64,000 nt of DNA from assembly GCA_001600695.1 (NCBI GenBank), contig BCKQ01000002.1, positions 41,275 through 105,274 of the forward strand. The letters run 5' to 3'. Made by a program: the position numbers and the translations under genes. This DNA comes from Ascoidea asiatica JCM 7603. Its lineage: Eukaryota > Fungi > Ascomycota. This document shows, piece after piece, positions 1 through 11,181 of the stretch. Numbering within the stretch: position 1 is the first letter of the stretch; every line of letters begins with the position of its first letter. The notes beneath the pieces were generated by a model, which ran no database searches, was not told the DNA's origin, and saw only the letters and a program-made list of their open reading frames with translations.

Positions 1-2
1 AA

Positions 3-119
3 AATGAAAATAATTTAGGAGAAAAGGATCTGGACTATATAAATAAAAATTTGAAGGGTAAAAGTAGTTTCAAAAGAAGATTTGATTTTTGTAAAAGACT
101 ATTCCCTTTACCTTCCTAA
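3..119 (+). CDS. Possible 3' end of an ORF entering from the left edge
   Basis: Frame open from position 3 to TAA at 117-119 (NENNLGEKDLDYINKNLKGKSSFKRRFDFCKRLFPLPS*). No homology recognised; could be chance. Confidence 0.3.
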   Translation, partial: NENNLGEKDLDYINKNLKGKSSFKRRFDFCKRLFPLPS

Positions 120-311
120 AATTGATAATTGAATCCATTTTCGCTTTTCAATTTTTTAATTAAGTCTTTCATTTATTTATTTACTAACTTATTTATTTGT
201 ATATTTTTTTAATCTTTCATCTGGTAGGCACAGTTACTACTCTAGGACAGCATTGTAAATATATTCGGCCACTTTTGGGTTTATTCTGCTAACTTTTGGA
301 AGTAGGGCATG

Positions 312-380
312 TGACTCATATTACGGCAAAATTCAAAGAGGAAGATTTTTACGGATTTCGATGCTACCAGCGGTGAGTCA
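312..380. promoter_or_regulatory. Two Gcn4/AP-1 consensus sites upstream of SUI3
   Basis: TGACTCA at 312-318 and TGAGTCA at 374-380, inside a locally GC-richer patch about 300-370 bp upstream of the SUI3 ATG. Confidence 0.5.
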
Positions 381-679
381 CGAGACTTTTGGAGGAAAGT
401 TTTTCAGTGCGTAAAAAGGTCTGTGAGTATGAGTGAAAGACTGAGAGAGAGAGAGGGTGAGTTGAGAGAAGGAAGAAAAAAGGAAATAAAGGAAAGAAAG
501 GAAAGTGTGGAAACTTTGCTGTTAGATCCATCCACTTTGGTTTTACTATCAGATCATACCCATTTTTATATTTCACTTAAAGCTTGACTAACTAAATTAG
601 AAATAAGCTATTTCTTCTTCATATTTAGTAAGTCTTCTACTTATTAATCAATACCTGCTTTTATATTTGGTAATTTACA

Positions 680-1465
680 ATGGGGCCTGTTGAAACAACA
701 ACTCCTGAACCTGTTTCTAAAGATATAATTGACTTAGAGGCTAATGATAAAGTGCTTAATCCAGATTCTGAATTCCTAGATAAAAAAAAAAAAAAGAAGA
801 AGAAGAAGTCTTCTCCTATTGTGGATGAAGCCACTGATCTTGTAGCTGACTTAAATTTAGAGAAAAAGAAAAAGAAAAAAAAAACTAGTAAAAAATCTGA
901 AAAATCAGATTTTGATAAAGAATTAGAACAATTTGGCGGTTTAAAAGAATCTTCACCTGATGAAATCGATTCAATTGCAAAAGAAATTGGCTTACCATAT
1001 GATAAATTATTGAACAGATTCTTTGATATTTTGAGAAAAAACAATCCTGAATTAAGTGGTGATAGATCTGCTGTAAAACTTAAGATTCCTCCTCCAAAAA
1101 TGGAAAGAGAAAGTAAAAAAACTGCTTTTGCTAACTTGGAAGAAATTTGTGAGAAATTGAAAAGACCTTCTGATCATGTTATTCAATTTTTATTTGCAGA
1201 ATTGGGTACTTCTGGTTCTATTGATGGTCAAAAAAGATTAATTATTAAAGGTAAATTTTTGCAAAGACAGATTGAACAAATTTTGAAAAGATATATTATA
1301 GAATATGTTACTTGCAAAACTTGTAAAAGTTATAATACAACTTTGAGAAAAGAAAGTTCAAATAGATTGTTATTTTTAGTTTGTAATATTTGTGGTTCAA
1401 CAAGGTCTGTTACTTCAATTAAAACTGGTTATCAAGCTCATGTTGGAAGAAGAAAGAAAATGTAA
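680..1465 (+). CDS. SUI3: Translation initiation factor eIF2 beta subunit
   Basis: Poly-Lys boxes, [14 protein letters not shown] motif, EYVTCKTC...CNICGS zinc ribbon, C-terminal IKTGYQA. Next to YAR1, as in S. cerevisiae. Confidence 0.97.
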   Translation: MGPVETTTPEPVSKDIIDLEANDKVLNPDSEFLDKKKKKKKKKSSPIVDEATDLVADLNLEKKKKKKKTSKKSEKSDFDKELEQFGGLKESSPDEIDSIAKEIGLPYDKLLNRFFDILRKNNPELSGDRSAVKLKIPPPKMERESKKTAFANLEEICEKLKRPSDHVIQFLFAELGTSGSIDGQKRLIIKGKFLQRQIEQILKRYIIEYVTCKTCKSYNTTLRKESSNRLLFLVCNICGSTRSVTSIKTGYQAHVGRRKKM

Positions 1466-1612
1466 TGTCTTTCAAAACCACTTATATTTTAAGTCTGTAT
1501 ATCATTATATTATTTATCACTCAGAATTATGTAACTTAAATAAGTGTTATTTTAATATTTTTCAGTGAACATATTAAATATAAAAATATACAATTCTTTT
1601 AATAAATAAAAC

Positions 1613-1638
<26 letters not shown>
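1613..1638. repeat. (TA)n microsatellite in convergent SUI3/YAR1 3' region
   Basis: tatatata... run of about 13 units read directly. Confidence 0.85.
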
Positions 1639-1643
<5 letters not shown>

Positions 1644-1767
1644 TATGTATATTTTGAAAAAACTCTGGACTGTGTAAAACTAATGTTTTACCTCAAGTTT
1701 TATTAATATATTTTCTACTTGATCCATCACTACCAAAAAAAACCTTACTACTCTCATATTTATAAAT

Positions 1768-2406
1768 TCATTTCAAATTCAAATTTTCAGTACTCTCAGA
1801 TAAACTTTTTACTGGCTCTTCATCTTGAGCTAATGCTTTTTTTTTTGTCAATTCTTTTTCAACTTTGATATTTTCTTTTGTGATTTCACTAATTTCTTTT
1901 CCCGGGTTAAACTCTGGTTCTTTACCATGTTCTAAGTCCTTTTGAGCTTCTTGTTCAAAAGTAGAGGCATAACTTTTTAAATAATAATCCACAACTTCTG
2001 TTTTATCATTATTTTCTGCTTCGAAAATACAATCATGTTTTGCACCATTAATTTCAAATGGGTTTGCCTTGAATTCTTCACATAATAATTTGACTGTTTC
2101 TAAATGTCCATTATAAGATGCCCAATGTAATGCTGTATTCCCTGATTCATTTCTAGCATTTAAAAGTTCCTTCTGTTTAGCTATATCATCTGATAAAAGA
2201 TTCAATAAAAAGTTAACAACTTCAGTAAATCCATTGGCTGCTGCCATATGAACAGGCGTAGAAAAATTAAATTCATCTTTCATGGAAACTAGTAAATTGT
2301 GATCAACCTCTTCAAATATTTCTTCTAGTTCTTTAAGATCGCCACATCTGGCATCATATATTATAACATCAATTTCCTCTTGAGTAAGGCTTGTTTGCTT
2401 GACCAT
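1768..2406 (-). CDS. YAR1: Ankyrin-repeat protein Yar1 (Rps3 chaperone)
   Basis: LTQEEIDVIIYDARCGDL N-terminus; ankyrin repeats TPVHMAAANG and GNTALHWASYNGH. First ATG is at 2406 (the ORF-track start at 2466 is GTG). Confidence 0.92.
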   Translation of the reverse strand: MVKQTSLTQEEIDVIIYDARCGDLKELEEIFEEVDHNLLVSMKDEFNFSTPVHMAAANGFTEVVNFLLNLLSDDIAKQKELLNARNESGNTALHWASYNGHLETVKLLCEEFKANPFEINGAKHDCIFEAENNDKTEVVDYYLKSYASTFEQEAQKDLEHGKEPEFNPGKEISEITKENIKVEKELTKKKALAQDEEPVKSLSESTENLNLK

Positions 2407-2591
2407 TTTCCTTAATAAAAACTTGGTTATTTTATGCTCATTATGAAAGTAAACTTTTTTTTTCACATATAAAATTATACTTTAGTACGTACCAGTTTTG
2501 ATTTTTTATTTTGATTTTTCTGTTTTGAAAAATGGAAAATCAAAATTTTATTTTTTTTATTTTTTTGAATTTTTTGGTTGTTTGTTACTCA

Positions 2592-2605
2592 TTACCCGTC
2601 TCATC
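2592..2605. promoter_or_regulatory. Reb1 site plus PAC element in the divergent YAR1/RTP1 promoter
   Basis: TTACCCG at 2592-2598 directly followed by CTCATC (GATGAG on minus strand) at 2600-2605; fits YAR1 being a ribosome-biogenesis gene. Confidence 0.6.
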
Positions 2606-2846
2606 CTTAATGGTGGAATTTCAAAATAATTGACCTTATTATATTATTTTGTAGAGAATTCATATTGAATTAACTTTTAGTGATATTAAACTATTTTCAA
2701 AAACCTTTATTTTTAATATTATTATAAAGCAACCAAAAATCAGAATCGTAAATTTTTGAAGAACTTAATCAATTTTTTCATTTCATTTGAACAAGAATTT
2801 TATACATTATCAAACATATCTAAAAAGATTTTATTATTCCAATCCA

Positions 2847-2892
2847 ATGAATCAGATTTTAAAGCATAATATCTATAAAAGTTTTACAAGAA

Positions 2893-2941
<49 letters not shown>

Positions 2942-5900
2942 TAAGAATCATGAGCAGAAAAGTGGTAAAAAGAAGTCTTTTTATAAACCAAAGTCTTTTT
3001 CGAAGCTTGACTTTTTATTCGATGAAGTCGAAAAGTTTATTTTCCCATTTGATGAAAGTGAAATAAGAAAAGAAACATCACTTAAAAATCACTCATCTAA
3101 AAAATTGAATATAATTGATTTATTATATGAGCGTAACAATTTTTCAAGAATTAAAGAAGACTTTGAATCTGCAGAAGATATTGAATTTCAAAAACGATTT
3201 AAAATAATTGAACATCTCTTAAAATTCTTAGTTGAAATAAATCATCTTTCAATTAATGAAAAGAAAAATGCAGATAACAAATCAATTGTTACTATCTCTT
3301 TAAATGATCTTAAAACATTTGGTAATCTAGTTAATTTGATTATAATTCAGGGAATTTATGCTGCTATACCATATACAAATGTATTAATATCCTTAAGTGA
3401 TAGATTACCTCCCCAAAATATATCTTCACATAATTCAAGTTCTCAGCTACAAAAAAAGTTGTATTATAACTATAAAAATATACCCAAAGAAAAATTTGCA
3501 GATCAAGTTAAATTGCTCTTGCTAATAATAGAGAAATTCAATCTAATTTTTATTAATCCTAATAATTTAACTCTTTCCTCTGATGTTCAAAGATTGTTAT
3601 TACCTGGTATAGGGTTTTCGGATATTCTAATATTATATCTTTATTTACTATCGAATCCAGATTTTCAAAGTATGGGAAAGGATGAAATAACAAAACTTCA
3701 AGAAAACTTTAACCTTTTAGAATCCATACAAGGAACATATGAGCTACTTGAATTATACTCTTTGCAAATGAACAATACAAATTCACCAATATGGTTTAAA
3801 TCCATTATAGCTTCTAAACTATCACATTTGATATTAAAACGAAACGAAGATGGTTTATTCTCTTTAATTGAATTTATTTGTGAACTTAGAGAATCTGAAG
3901 ATGTGCATATCGAGAGTTTGGAGAGATTAAATAAAATACTTATTTCAAAACCAAAAAGTATAAACTCTTTAACATATTACAAAAACTTAGGGGATCAGAT
4001 ATTTGATATTTTGATTTTCATAAATAGACCATTGATTATTTCCATTACTCTTAACTTTGTTAATTTTTTATTTCAAAAAAATAAAAAGATAGTTAAAGAT
4101 TTTATATTTAAAAAAATTTGGTCAAATTTCAATCCCAGTCTTACTCTAATAAGTAATCTATCATCCGAAATCATTGTAGATGAAAAAAAACTCAACGATA
4201 GTATTAATGTTCTTTTATCTTTATCAATGCATTCATCTAAAGAACTAATGAATGAGCTATTCACTGATTCTTTAATTCTTTCATTATGGAATTATATCTT
4301 ATTTTGCTCAAATACAAAATTAGTAAATTCCAAAGTTGGTGTGATTATGGACATTTTCAAAAGCTACTTTAATCTTACAGTCAACGTTTATTCTTTGGAG
4401 TTAATCCATCAAAACCTATTCAAGATTTTAAGTGAAGAGTGGGAATTCACACTTGGGCCAAATGCGCTTATAGAGATCAAAAAAAGATATTCGGACCCAT
4501 CTGATCTGACTTCGAATGAAAAAATGATTGATTTACTTGAGGTGTTAGTTCAAGCATTTCTCAAATTCTTATCAAAACTCGAGAATGAAGAACTTATACA
4601 GGAGCAATATTCTATATTATTAAAAGAATGGCTTAATAAAACGTTCAATCAGGGTAAAACAACAACTTTATTAATAGATTCAGGCACAGAAAATGGAGAG
4701 GGAATTCCTAACGATAATATAATGGATGATTTTAACACTTTAGTAACTCTTCGTTTAATTGAAGAGATGTCTAATGTATTCAAGAGTAAATTATTATTAT
4801 TTAAAAGTGAGAAATCTAATAAAACCACAGCTCAAATTTTGACATTGATAATGAATATTTTGCATATAAATCTAGAAAAAATTCAAAATGATAATAAAGA
4901 CCATTCTTTTCAAGATAATTTCAGCAGACTAAAAGTTGTTGAACGTGATGAGCTAGTCAATGAAGATGCAGATTCGGATGATGAAGAAGAGGAAGAAATG
5001 AAACTTGACGACACCGGATCTTTGAATATTGTTTTAGAGTTGCTAACTGCCATATTATTCCAAGTTAATTCGTTTGAAATCTCGGAAGAATGCTTGTTTA
5101 TTTTGAAAAATATGGTTCCAACACTTGAAGCTCTTGCATCGAAAGTCGTTCCTGTTGGTCCAGTTTTGACAACAGTGAAAAATATAATAGAAAATAAAAC
5201 ACAGGAATATAATGAAACTGATTCAGCAAAGCTAATAAATAAACAAGATGCAATGGATCTCAGGAAAGCTATAGATAATTTAAATGATACATTGGTACCT
5301 ATAAGAGCAGAAAGTTTACTTCAAATCCGAAAACTTGTTGATAAAAGATCACCTGTAATTTCTTTTGCTTACGTATTCAACTTACATTGCTTTCATTTAA
5401 GAGACTCTGAAACTTTTATTTTCCTAAATGTAATAAAAGGATTCGATTCTTTAATCAAATTTAATATGGAAGAATCAATTAATAAATTAGTAAGTATATA
5501 TTTGAATGATAATGAAAGTCTTGATTATAGACTAAAGGTTGGAGAAATTTTGTTGAGATTCATTAACTCAAATGCTATGGTCTGCCCTTTGAAGCTTTTA
5601 ATTAAATTAGCTTCTTCACTAATAAGTGTAATTCGGGTTCAAGTGAAATCGAATAAAACTGAAAAAAGGGACAATAGGCTTAGAATGTCATCCATGTCTA
5701 TTCTTGGCCAATTATGTCAAAAAAATCCTTATGCCATCTTAGATTATTTCCAAGATGCAGTTGATTGTGCTATAGGAATTTTAACTTTTGAAAAAACTGA
5801 CCTTGAAGATGAAGCTATAATGAGAAGATCGGCAATTGTTTTTTTGAATGATTTAATTACAGGACCTGGAGGTTTAAGTGGAATACCAAAGGGCTTTGGT

Positions 5901-6017
5901 AAAACAATTCTAGATTTGCTAAGATCGGTTGAAACCTCTGATTCGGATATTTTGGCAAGAGTTCAGGCAAAAGAAGTTTTGGATCTTATAAAAAATTCAT
6001 TATTCGAAACTACCTAA
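2847..6017 (+). CDS. RTP1: Rtp1/TANGO6-like HEAT-repeat protein (RNA polymerase II nuclear import/assembly)
   Basis: DADSDDE acidic patch, LVPIRAESL, DSETFIFLNVIKG, RLKVGE, DNRLRMSSMSILG and MRRSAIV motifs; adjacent to HSP90 like RTP1/HSC82 in S. cerevisiae. First ATG is at 2847 (the track start is TTG). Confidence 0.88.
2895..2939 (+). repeat. (AAT)15 coding microsatellite (poly-Asn) in RTP1
   Basis: Read directly. Confidence 0.9.
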
Positions 6018-6487
6018 AAAAAAGTTTGTTCGTGAATATATATTTAATAAAGTACTAGTAATAATATTTTCTGACTTTTATAAATGTAAGCTGATATATA
6101 TTTACATGAAAAAATTTCACTTATGTTTGAATGAGTTGAATGTTCCTTAACGATTACTCAAAGCTCAGAACCGAATTCTTAGAACATTTGACTAAACCGA
6201 TATTTCTTTTCCCATCAAAACCATAAATGTCTGTTAATATAACATTTAAGTCTTCAGTAGGAGTGGTTCTTGAGATAAGGATAAAAATACAATCAGTTTT
6301 TAAAATCGAGATTTATCAACTGTCTCACTTTCAACACACACATGACAAAACTACAAGCTAACACCTAATTTAATATTATTTACGATTTTTGATTAAAGTT
6401 ACTATACATATAAAAATAAATGTTAAAAGAAAAAATTCCACATAAGAGAATAACGTAAAAAAAAGAATATGCAAACAATTAATAAGC

Positions 6488-8617
6488 TTAATCAACTTCT
6501 TCCATAGCAGATTCAGCAACTGCTTCTTCAACTGTAGCAGAGACTTCTGGAGTAGCTTCAACAACAGGCTCTTCTTCTTCAATGTTTAAACCTAAAGAAA
6601 TTAATCTATTGATTCTAGTGGCAAAAGAGCTTGGTTCTTCTAAAGTAAAACCAGAAGTTAATAAAGCGGTTTCATATAATAAGGTAGTCAAATCTTTGAC
6701 AGTTCTATTATCAACACCATCAGCATCAACTTTGTTTTTCAATTCTTTTATAATTGGAGATTTTGGAGAAATTTCAAAGATTTTTTTTGAAGCCATATAG
6801 GTTGACATTGAAGTATCTCTTAAAGCTTGAGCTTTCATAATTCTTTCCATATTTGCAGACCAACCAAATTGACCAGTTCTTATAGCGGCAGGTGCATCGA
6901 CTAATTTATGAGAAACAACAACTTTCTCAACTTGATCACCTAAAATTTCTTTTAAAGATTTAGTCAATGGTTCAAATTCTTTAATTTCTTTTTCTCTTTC
7001 AGCTTTTTCTTCATCAGTTTCTTCTAATTCAAAATCTTTAGTGATATCAACTAATTTTTTGTCTTCAAATTCTTTTAATTGAGTCATAGCGTATTCATCA
7101 ATTGGATCAACTAAGAATAAAACTTCGAAATTTTTGGCTTTCAAAGCATCTAAAAATGGAGATTTTTCAACAGCTTTAATTGATTCACCAGTAATAAAGT
7201 AAATATTTTTTTGATGTTCAGGCATTCTTGTTACATAATCACTTAAAGAAGTCAATTCATCAGAAGATTTAGTTGAATTATATCTTAATAATTTAGCTAA
7301 AGCAGTTCTGTTTGAAGAATCTTCGTGAATACCTAATTTGATATTTTTTGAAAATGCAGTATAAAATTTTTCAAATTGTTCAGAGTCTTCAGCAATTTCA
7401 TTGAAAGTTTCAATCAATTTTTTAATGATATTTTTTCTGATAACTTTTAAAATTTTATTTTGTTGTAACATTTCTCTTGATAAATTTAATGGTAAATCTT
7501 CGGAATCTACAACACCTTTAACAAAACTTAACCATTCAGGAATTAATTCCTCAGCTTCATCAGTAATAAAAACACGACGAACATATAATTTTATATTAGT
7601 TTTCTTTTTTTTACTTTCAAATAAATCAAAAGGAGCACGTTTTGGAACAAATAAAATTGCTCTAAATTCTAATTGACCTTCAACAGAAAAATGTTTAACA
7701 GCTAAAGGATCTTCCCAATCATTTGAAATTGATTTATAAAAAGCATTATATTCATCTTGAGTGACATCACTTGGATTTTTAGTCCATAAAGGTTTAGTTT
7801 TATTTAATTCCTCAGTCTCAGTGACAGTTTCTTTAACCTTTTTAGTTTTTGGTTTTGATTCAGTTTCATCTTCATCATCTTTAATTTCTTCTAATTTTGT
7901 CTTTTTTTCCTCATCATCATTTTCAGTTTCAGATTTTTTTTCATCATCTTCAATTGGAACATCTTTTTCAACTTCTTTAGTAACAACTAATTGAATTGGA
8001 TAAGAAACAAATTCAGAATGACGTTTGATAACTTCTTTAATTCTTTTTTCTTCTAAATATTCTAATTGATCTTCTTTTAAAAATAATCTAAGAATAGTAC
8101 CTCTTTTGATTTTTTCATCTGATTCATCTAAAGCAACAGTGAATTTACCACCAGCTTTTGATTCCCAAATATATTGATCATCATCATTAGATTTAGAAAT
8201 AACTTGAACTCTATCAGCAACTAAGAATAAAGAATAAAAACCCACACCAAATTGACCAATCATTGAAACATCAGCACCAGCAGATAAAGCTTCCATAAAA
8301 GCTTTTGTACCAGATTTAGCAATTGTACCTAAATTTTTAATCAATTCTAATTTAGTCATACCAACACCAGAATCTCTAATTTCTAAAACTTTTTGATCAG
8401 GATATGGAGTAATTCTAACAAATAATTCAGGTTCAGATTCTAATTCTTTTGGATCAGATAAAGCCTTATATCTAATTTTATCTAAGGCATCAGAAGCATT
8501 TGAAATCAATTCTCTTAAAAAAATTTCTTTATTTGAATAAACAGTGTTTATAATAAGAGACATAAGCTGATTAATTTCAGCTTGAAATTCATAGGATTGA
8601 GCTTTTGGTTCAGACAT
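6488..8617 (-). CDS. HSP82: Cytosolic Hsp90 chaperone
   Basis: [43 protein letters not shown]-terminal MEEVD; strongly biased codons. Confidence 0.99.
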   Translation of the reverse strand: MSEPKAQSYEFQAEINQLMSLIINTVYSNKEIFLRELISNASDALDKIRYKALSDPKELESEPELFVRITPYPDQKVLEIRDSGVGMTKLELIKNLGTIAKSGTKAFMEALSAGADVSMIGQFGVGFYSLFLVADRVQVISKSNDDDQYIWESKAGGKFTVALDESDEKIKRGTILRLFLKEDQLEYLEEKRIKEVIKRHSEFVSYPIQLVVTKEVEKDVPIEDDEKKSETENDDEEKKTKLEEIKDDEDETESKPKTKKVKETVTETEELNKTKPLWTKNPSDVTQDEYNAFYKSISNDWEDPLAVKHFSVEGQLEFRAILFVPKRAPFDLFESKKKKTNIKLYVRRVFITDEAEELIPEWLSFVKGVVDSEDLPLNLSREMLQQNKILKVIRKNIIKKLIETFNEIAEDSEQFEKFYTAFSKNIKLGIHEDSSNRTALAKLLRYNSTKSSDELTSLSDYVTRMPEHQKNIYFITGESIKAVEKSPFLDALKAKNFEVLFLVDPIDEYAMTQLKEFEDKKLVDITKDFELEETDEEKAEREKEIKEFEPLTKSLKEILGDQVEKVVVSHKLVDAPAAIRTGQFGWSANMERIMKAQALRDTSMSTYMASKKIFEISPKSPIIKELKNKVDADGVDNRTVKDLTTLLYETALLTSGFTLEEPSSFATRINRLISLGLNIEEEEPVVEATPEVSATVEEAVAESAMEEVD

Positions 8618-8964
8618 TTTTGATTATTTTTTTTTTTTTAAAAGGCTGTTATATTATAATGAGATAAGATAAGATAAGATAAAATAATAATTATAAAATA
8701 CCAATGAAAAATAAATACAGAAATATGATAAAATGACAATTGCTCTCTCTTGATGGACTAAACTAAAGAAAAGATTTGAATTGAAATTTAAATTGAATAA
8801 TAAAATATAAAAAGACTAAGAGGAAATAAAAAGGAATAAATTTAACAAAGGGAGGCAAACTCCAAATATATATATATAAATATGAAATTAATCGAGTAGC
8901 AGTAGTTAAAGAAGAAAGTGAAAATTTGAAGTGAGAAACAATATTTCGCCCTTCTGCAATCACT

Positions 8965-9010
8965 TGGAACCCGTTGGAAACACATGGAAAACGGTGGAAA
9001 ACCATGGAAA
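8965..9010. promoter_or_regulatory. Step-type heat-shock element (five nGAAn units at 10-bp spacing)
   Basis: GAA at 8967, 8977, 8987, 8997 and 9007, each within TGGAA; further GAAnnTTC units at 9113-9120 and 9191-9198; lies upstream of HSP90. Confidence 0.75.
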
Positions 9011-9276
9011 AGTGATCGAAACTCTCTCAACACAGCAGAAACTCAGGACATTCTGCTGCTGGATCTGAGAATTAGCGCATCTGAGAAGCAGAACCGCAAT
9101 ACAACTGCGATGGAACCTTCGATGCGCTTCTGTCCCAGGCCTTGCTCAACCTTGCGAGAGGTCTGGCAGCGCGACCGTGGAAGGTGGTGGAATCTTCCAC
9201 GGGCCCCCAGATATTTAGCAGTCCTGGTCCCAAATCCTGGTCCCGAAGCCTGTCCCGTATATCATTTTTTTTTGGG

Positions 9277-9306
9277 CTCGCCACACGACCTCGGTCGTGT
9301 GGCGAG
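9277..9306. repeat. Perfect 14-bp inverted repeat with 2-nt spacer
   Basis: CTCGCCACACGACC-tc-GGTCGTGTGGCGAG. Confidence 0.95.
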
Positions 9307-9729
9307 TGTGCCAGCGTGGCCATACTGTGTGCTGTAGCCGATTTCCTCCTCTTCTGTGGCCCTTTGAAGCTTGTATCGTTAGCTTTACCGCTGAGGGCAC
9401 TGTAAAACTCAGCTTCACAAATACAACATCGAAACACTACCGTTAAAGTTACCGTAATGTTTCGAACTTTTCATTATCGGCGGTACGTATGCACATAATT
9501 TATTTTATTTTAAATATTGTATGAAGTTATTAGGTATATAATTTATATAATCTTTCTGCAGTATTTAATTATATATTTCCCCATAAATGATTTATCTGAG
9601 AGTTTCTTTATTTCTTTATTTCTTTATTTATACACATATATATATATTTTTTTTTCGTGAAAGTCTCTAAAAAAGTCAAGTCATTCCTTCAATATATTCT
9701 TTGGTTTCAATTTACTTCTTTAAAAAAAA

Positions 9730-11112
9730 ATGTTTAGTGCAATTTCTTCAACGATTACTGCTACGAATTCAAATTCAAATTCAGATTCAAATTCAAATTC
9801 AAATTCAAATTCAAATTTTACATCAAAACTAATATCAAAATCAAAATTTAAGTCCAAATACAAATCCAAATCCAAATATAATTCTAAATCAAAATCAAAA
9901 TCAAAATTTGGTTCAAAAACCTCTTTTGAAAATCATTCAAATAATTTAAATTCTTCAATTCATCTTTCAAATAAAAAAAAATTTAATAAATTTTCAAATT
10001 CAAAACTTTTATTAATTTGTATATTTGGAATTTATTCAACTTTTTTATGCTGGGGTTTATTGCAAGAAAATTTGTCAAAGAAATTAAATTTTAAATTTCC
10101 TTTAATTTTAAATTTATTTCAATCTTTTTTTGCAATTTTAATTTCTGTAATATATTTAAAATTCGATAATTCATCCAATTTTAGAAATATTTTTAAATTT
10201 CAATTATTACCAATAATCAAAAATAAAAATTTATTATTTTATTTAATTTTAATATCTTTTTTACAATCAATAAGTTCTTCAATATCTCAATTATCTTTTA
10301 ATTATAATATATCCTTTATTTCTTATCTTTTGGCTAAATCTTGTAAATTAATTCCAACTTTACTAATTCATTTATTAATTTTTAAAAAAAAATTCCCTTT
10401 ATACAAATATATAATTGCTCTCTTAATCACCATTGGTATAATAATATTCTCTTTACCACCATTTTCACTATCCTCGTTATCCTCGTTATCCTCGTTATCC
10501 TCGTTATCCTCGTTATCCTCGTTATCTTCATTATCTTCATTATCTTTTTCTTCTTCTTTCTTAGGCTATTTAACTTTATTTCTTTCTTTATTTTTAGATG
10601 GTATAATAAATTCAACTCAAGATCATATTTTCAAAAAATTCCCAAAAAATCTATTATCTGGTATTCATCTAATGATAATGTTAAATTTTTTCAATTTTTT
10701 TTACCTTTTATTTTATTCAACAATTTTATCTTCTCAATTATATAATTCTTTAATTTTTTTAAAATCTTCTTTTAATTCTTCTAATTCAGTTTCAATTTCA
10801 ACTTCAATTTCAACTTCAATTTTCTTTTCTAACTTTTATTTTTTTAATTTAATTTTTTCTCTTTTATCTTATTCAATTCTTGGTTCTATTGGTCAATTAT
10901 TTATTTTTAAAACTCTTGAAAATTTCAGTTCTTTAATTTTAATTACTTTGACTTTAACTAGAAAAATGTTTTCAATGATTTTAAGTCTTTTTATTTTTAA
11001 TCATTCTTTAAATTCAAATCAGCTAATTGGTATTTTTTTAGTTTTCTTCTCAATTACCTTCGAATCTTATAAAAAATTAACTACTTCTAATCAAAATAAA
11101 AAGAATCTCTAA
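9730..11112 (+). CDS. HUT1: UDP-galactose transporter homolog Hut1 (UAA/SLC35B1 family)
   Basis: GIYSTFLCWGLLQE, LAKSCKLIP, LDGIINSTQD, GQLFIF.TLE.F.SL.L..LT.TRKM motifs; multiple TM helices; C-terminal KKNL (di-lysine-like). Confidence 0.92.
   Translation: MFSAISSTITATNSNSNSDSNSNSNSNSNFTSKLISKSKFKSKYKSKSKYNSKSKSKSKFGSKTSFENHSNNLNSSIHLSNKKKFNKFSNSKLLLICIFGIYSTFLCWGLLQENLSKKLNFKFPLILNLFQSFFAILISVIYLKFDNSSNFRNIFKFQLLPIIKNKNLLFYLILISFLQSISSSISQLSFNYNISFISYLLAKSCKLIPTLLIHLLIFKKKFPLYKYIIALLITIGIIIFSLPPFSLSSLSSLSSLSSLSSLSSLSSLSSLSFSSSFLGYLTLFLSLFLDGIINSTQDHIFKKFPKNLLSGIHLMIMLNFFNFFYLLFYSTILSSQLYNSLIFLKSSFNSSNSVSISTSISTSIFFSNFYFFNLIFSLLSYSILGSIGQLFIFKTLENFSSLILITLTLTRKMFSMILSLFIFNHSLNSNQLIGIFLVFFSITFESYKKLTTSNQNKKNL
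10471..10542 (+). repeat. 9-bp coding tandem repeat, (TCCTCGTTA)6(TCTTCATTA)2 = (SSL)8
   Basis: Read directly inside HUT1. Confidence 0.95.
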
Positions 11113-11181
11113 TTTATATAATATATATTTATGATTTTAATATACAATAATAATTTAAATAATCTAAATAGTTTATATAAT

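Noticed and set aside
2407-2846. GTG/TTG-initiated N-terminal extensions of YAR1 and RTP1 (and ISC1, 44162-44227) in the ORF track
   Set aside because: Eukaryotic genes; the first in-frame ATGs give plausible proteins and the extensions look like AT-rich UTR.
6181-6230. snR30/U17-like AAACCAT (m2) motif between RTP1 and HSP90
   Set aside because: No proper m1 motif, no intervening stem, and no ACA box at the required distance.
661-7994. Antisense and out-of-frame shadow ORFs inside SUI3, RTP1 and HSP90 (similarly in LAA1, FAS1, ATG26 and SEC2)
   Set aside because: By-products of biased codon usage on the real coding strand.
8984-9437. Overlapping 67-121 aa ORFs in GC islands (also near 26.8, 41.9, 44.6, 49.6 and 57.5 kb)
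   Set aside because: Stop codons are rarer in GC-rich DNA; these ORFs overlap on both strands, mostly start at non-ATG codons, use codons unlike the real genes and show no motifs.
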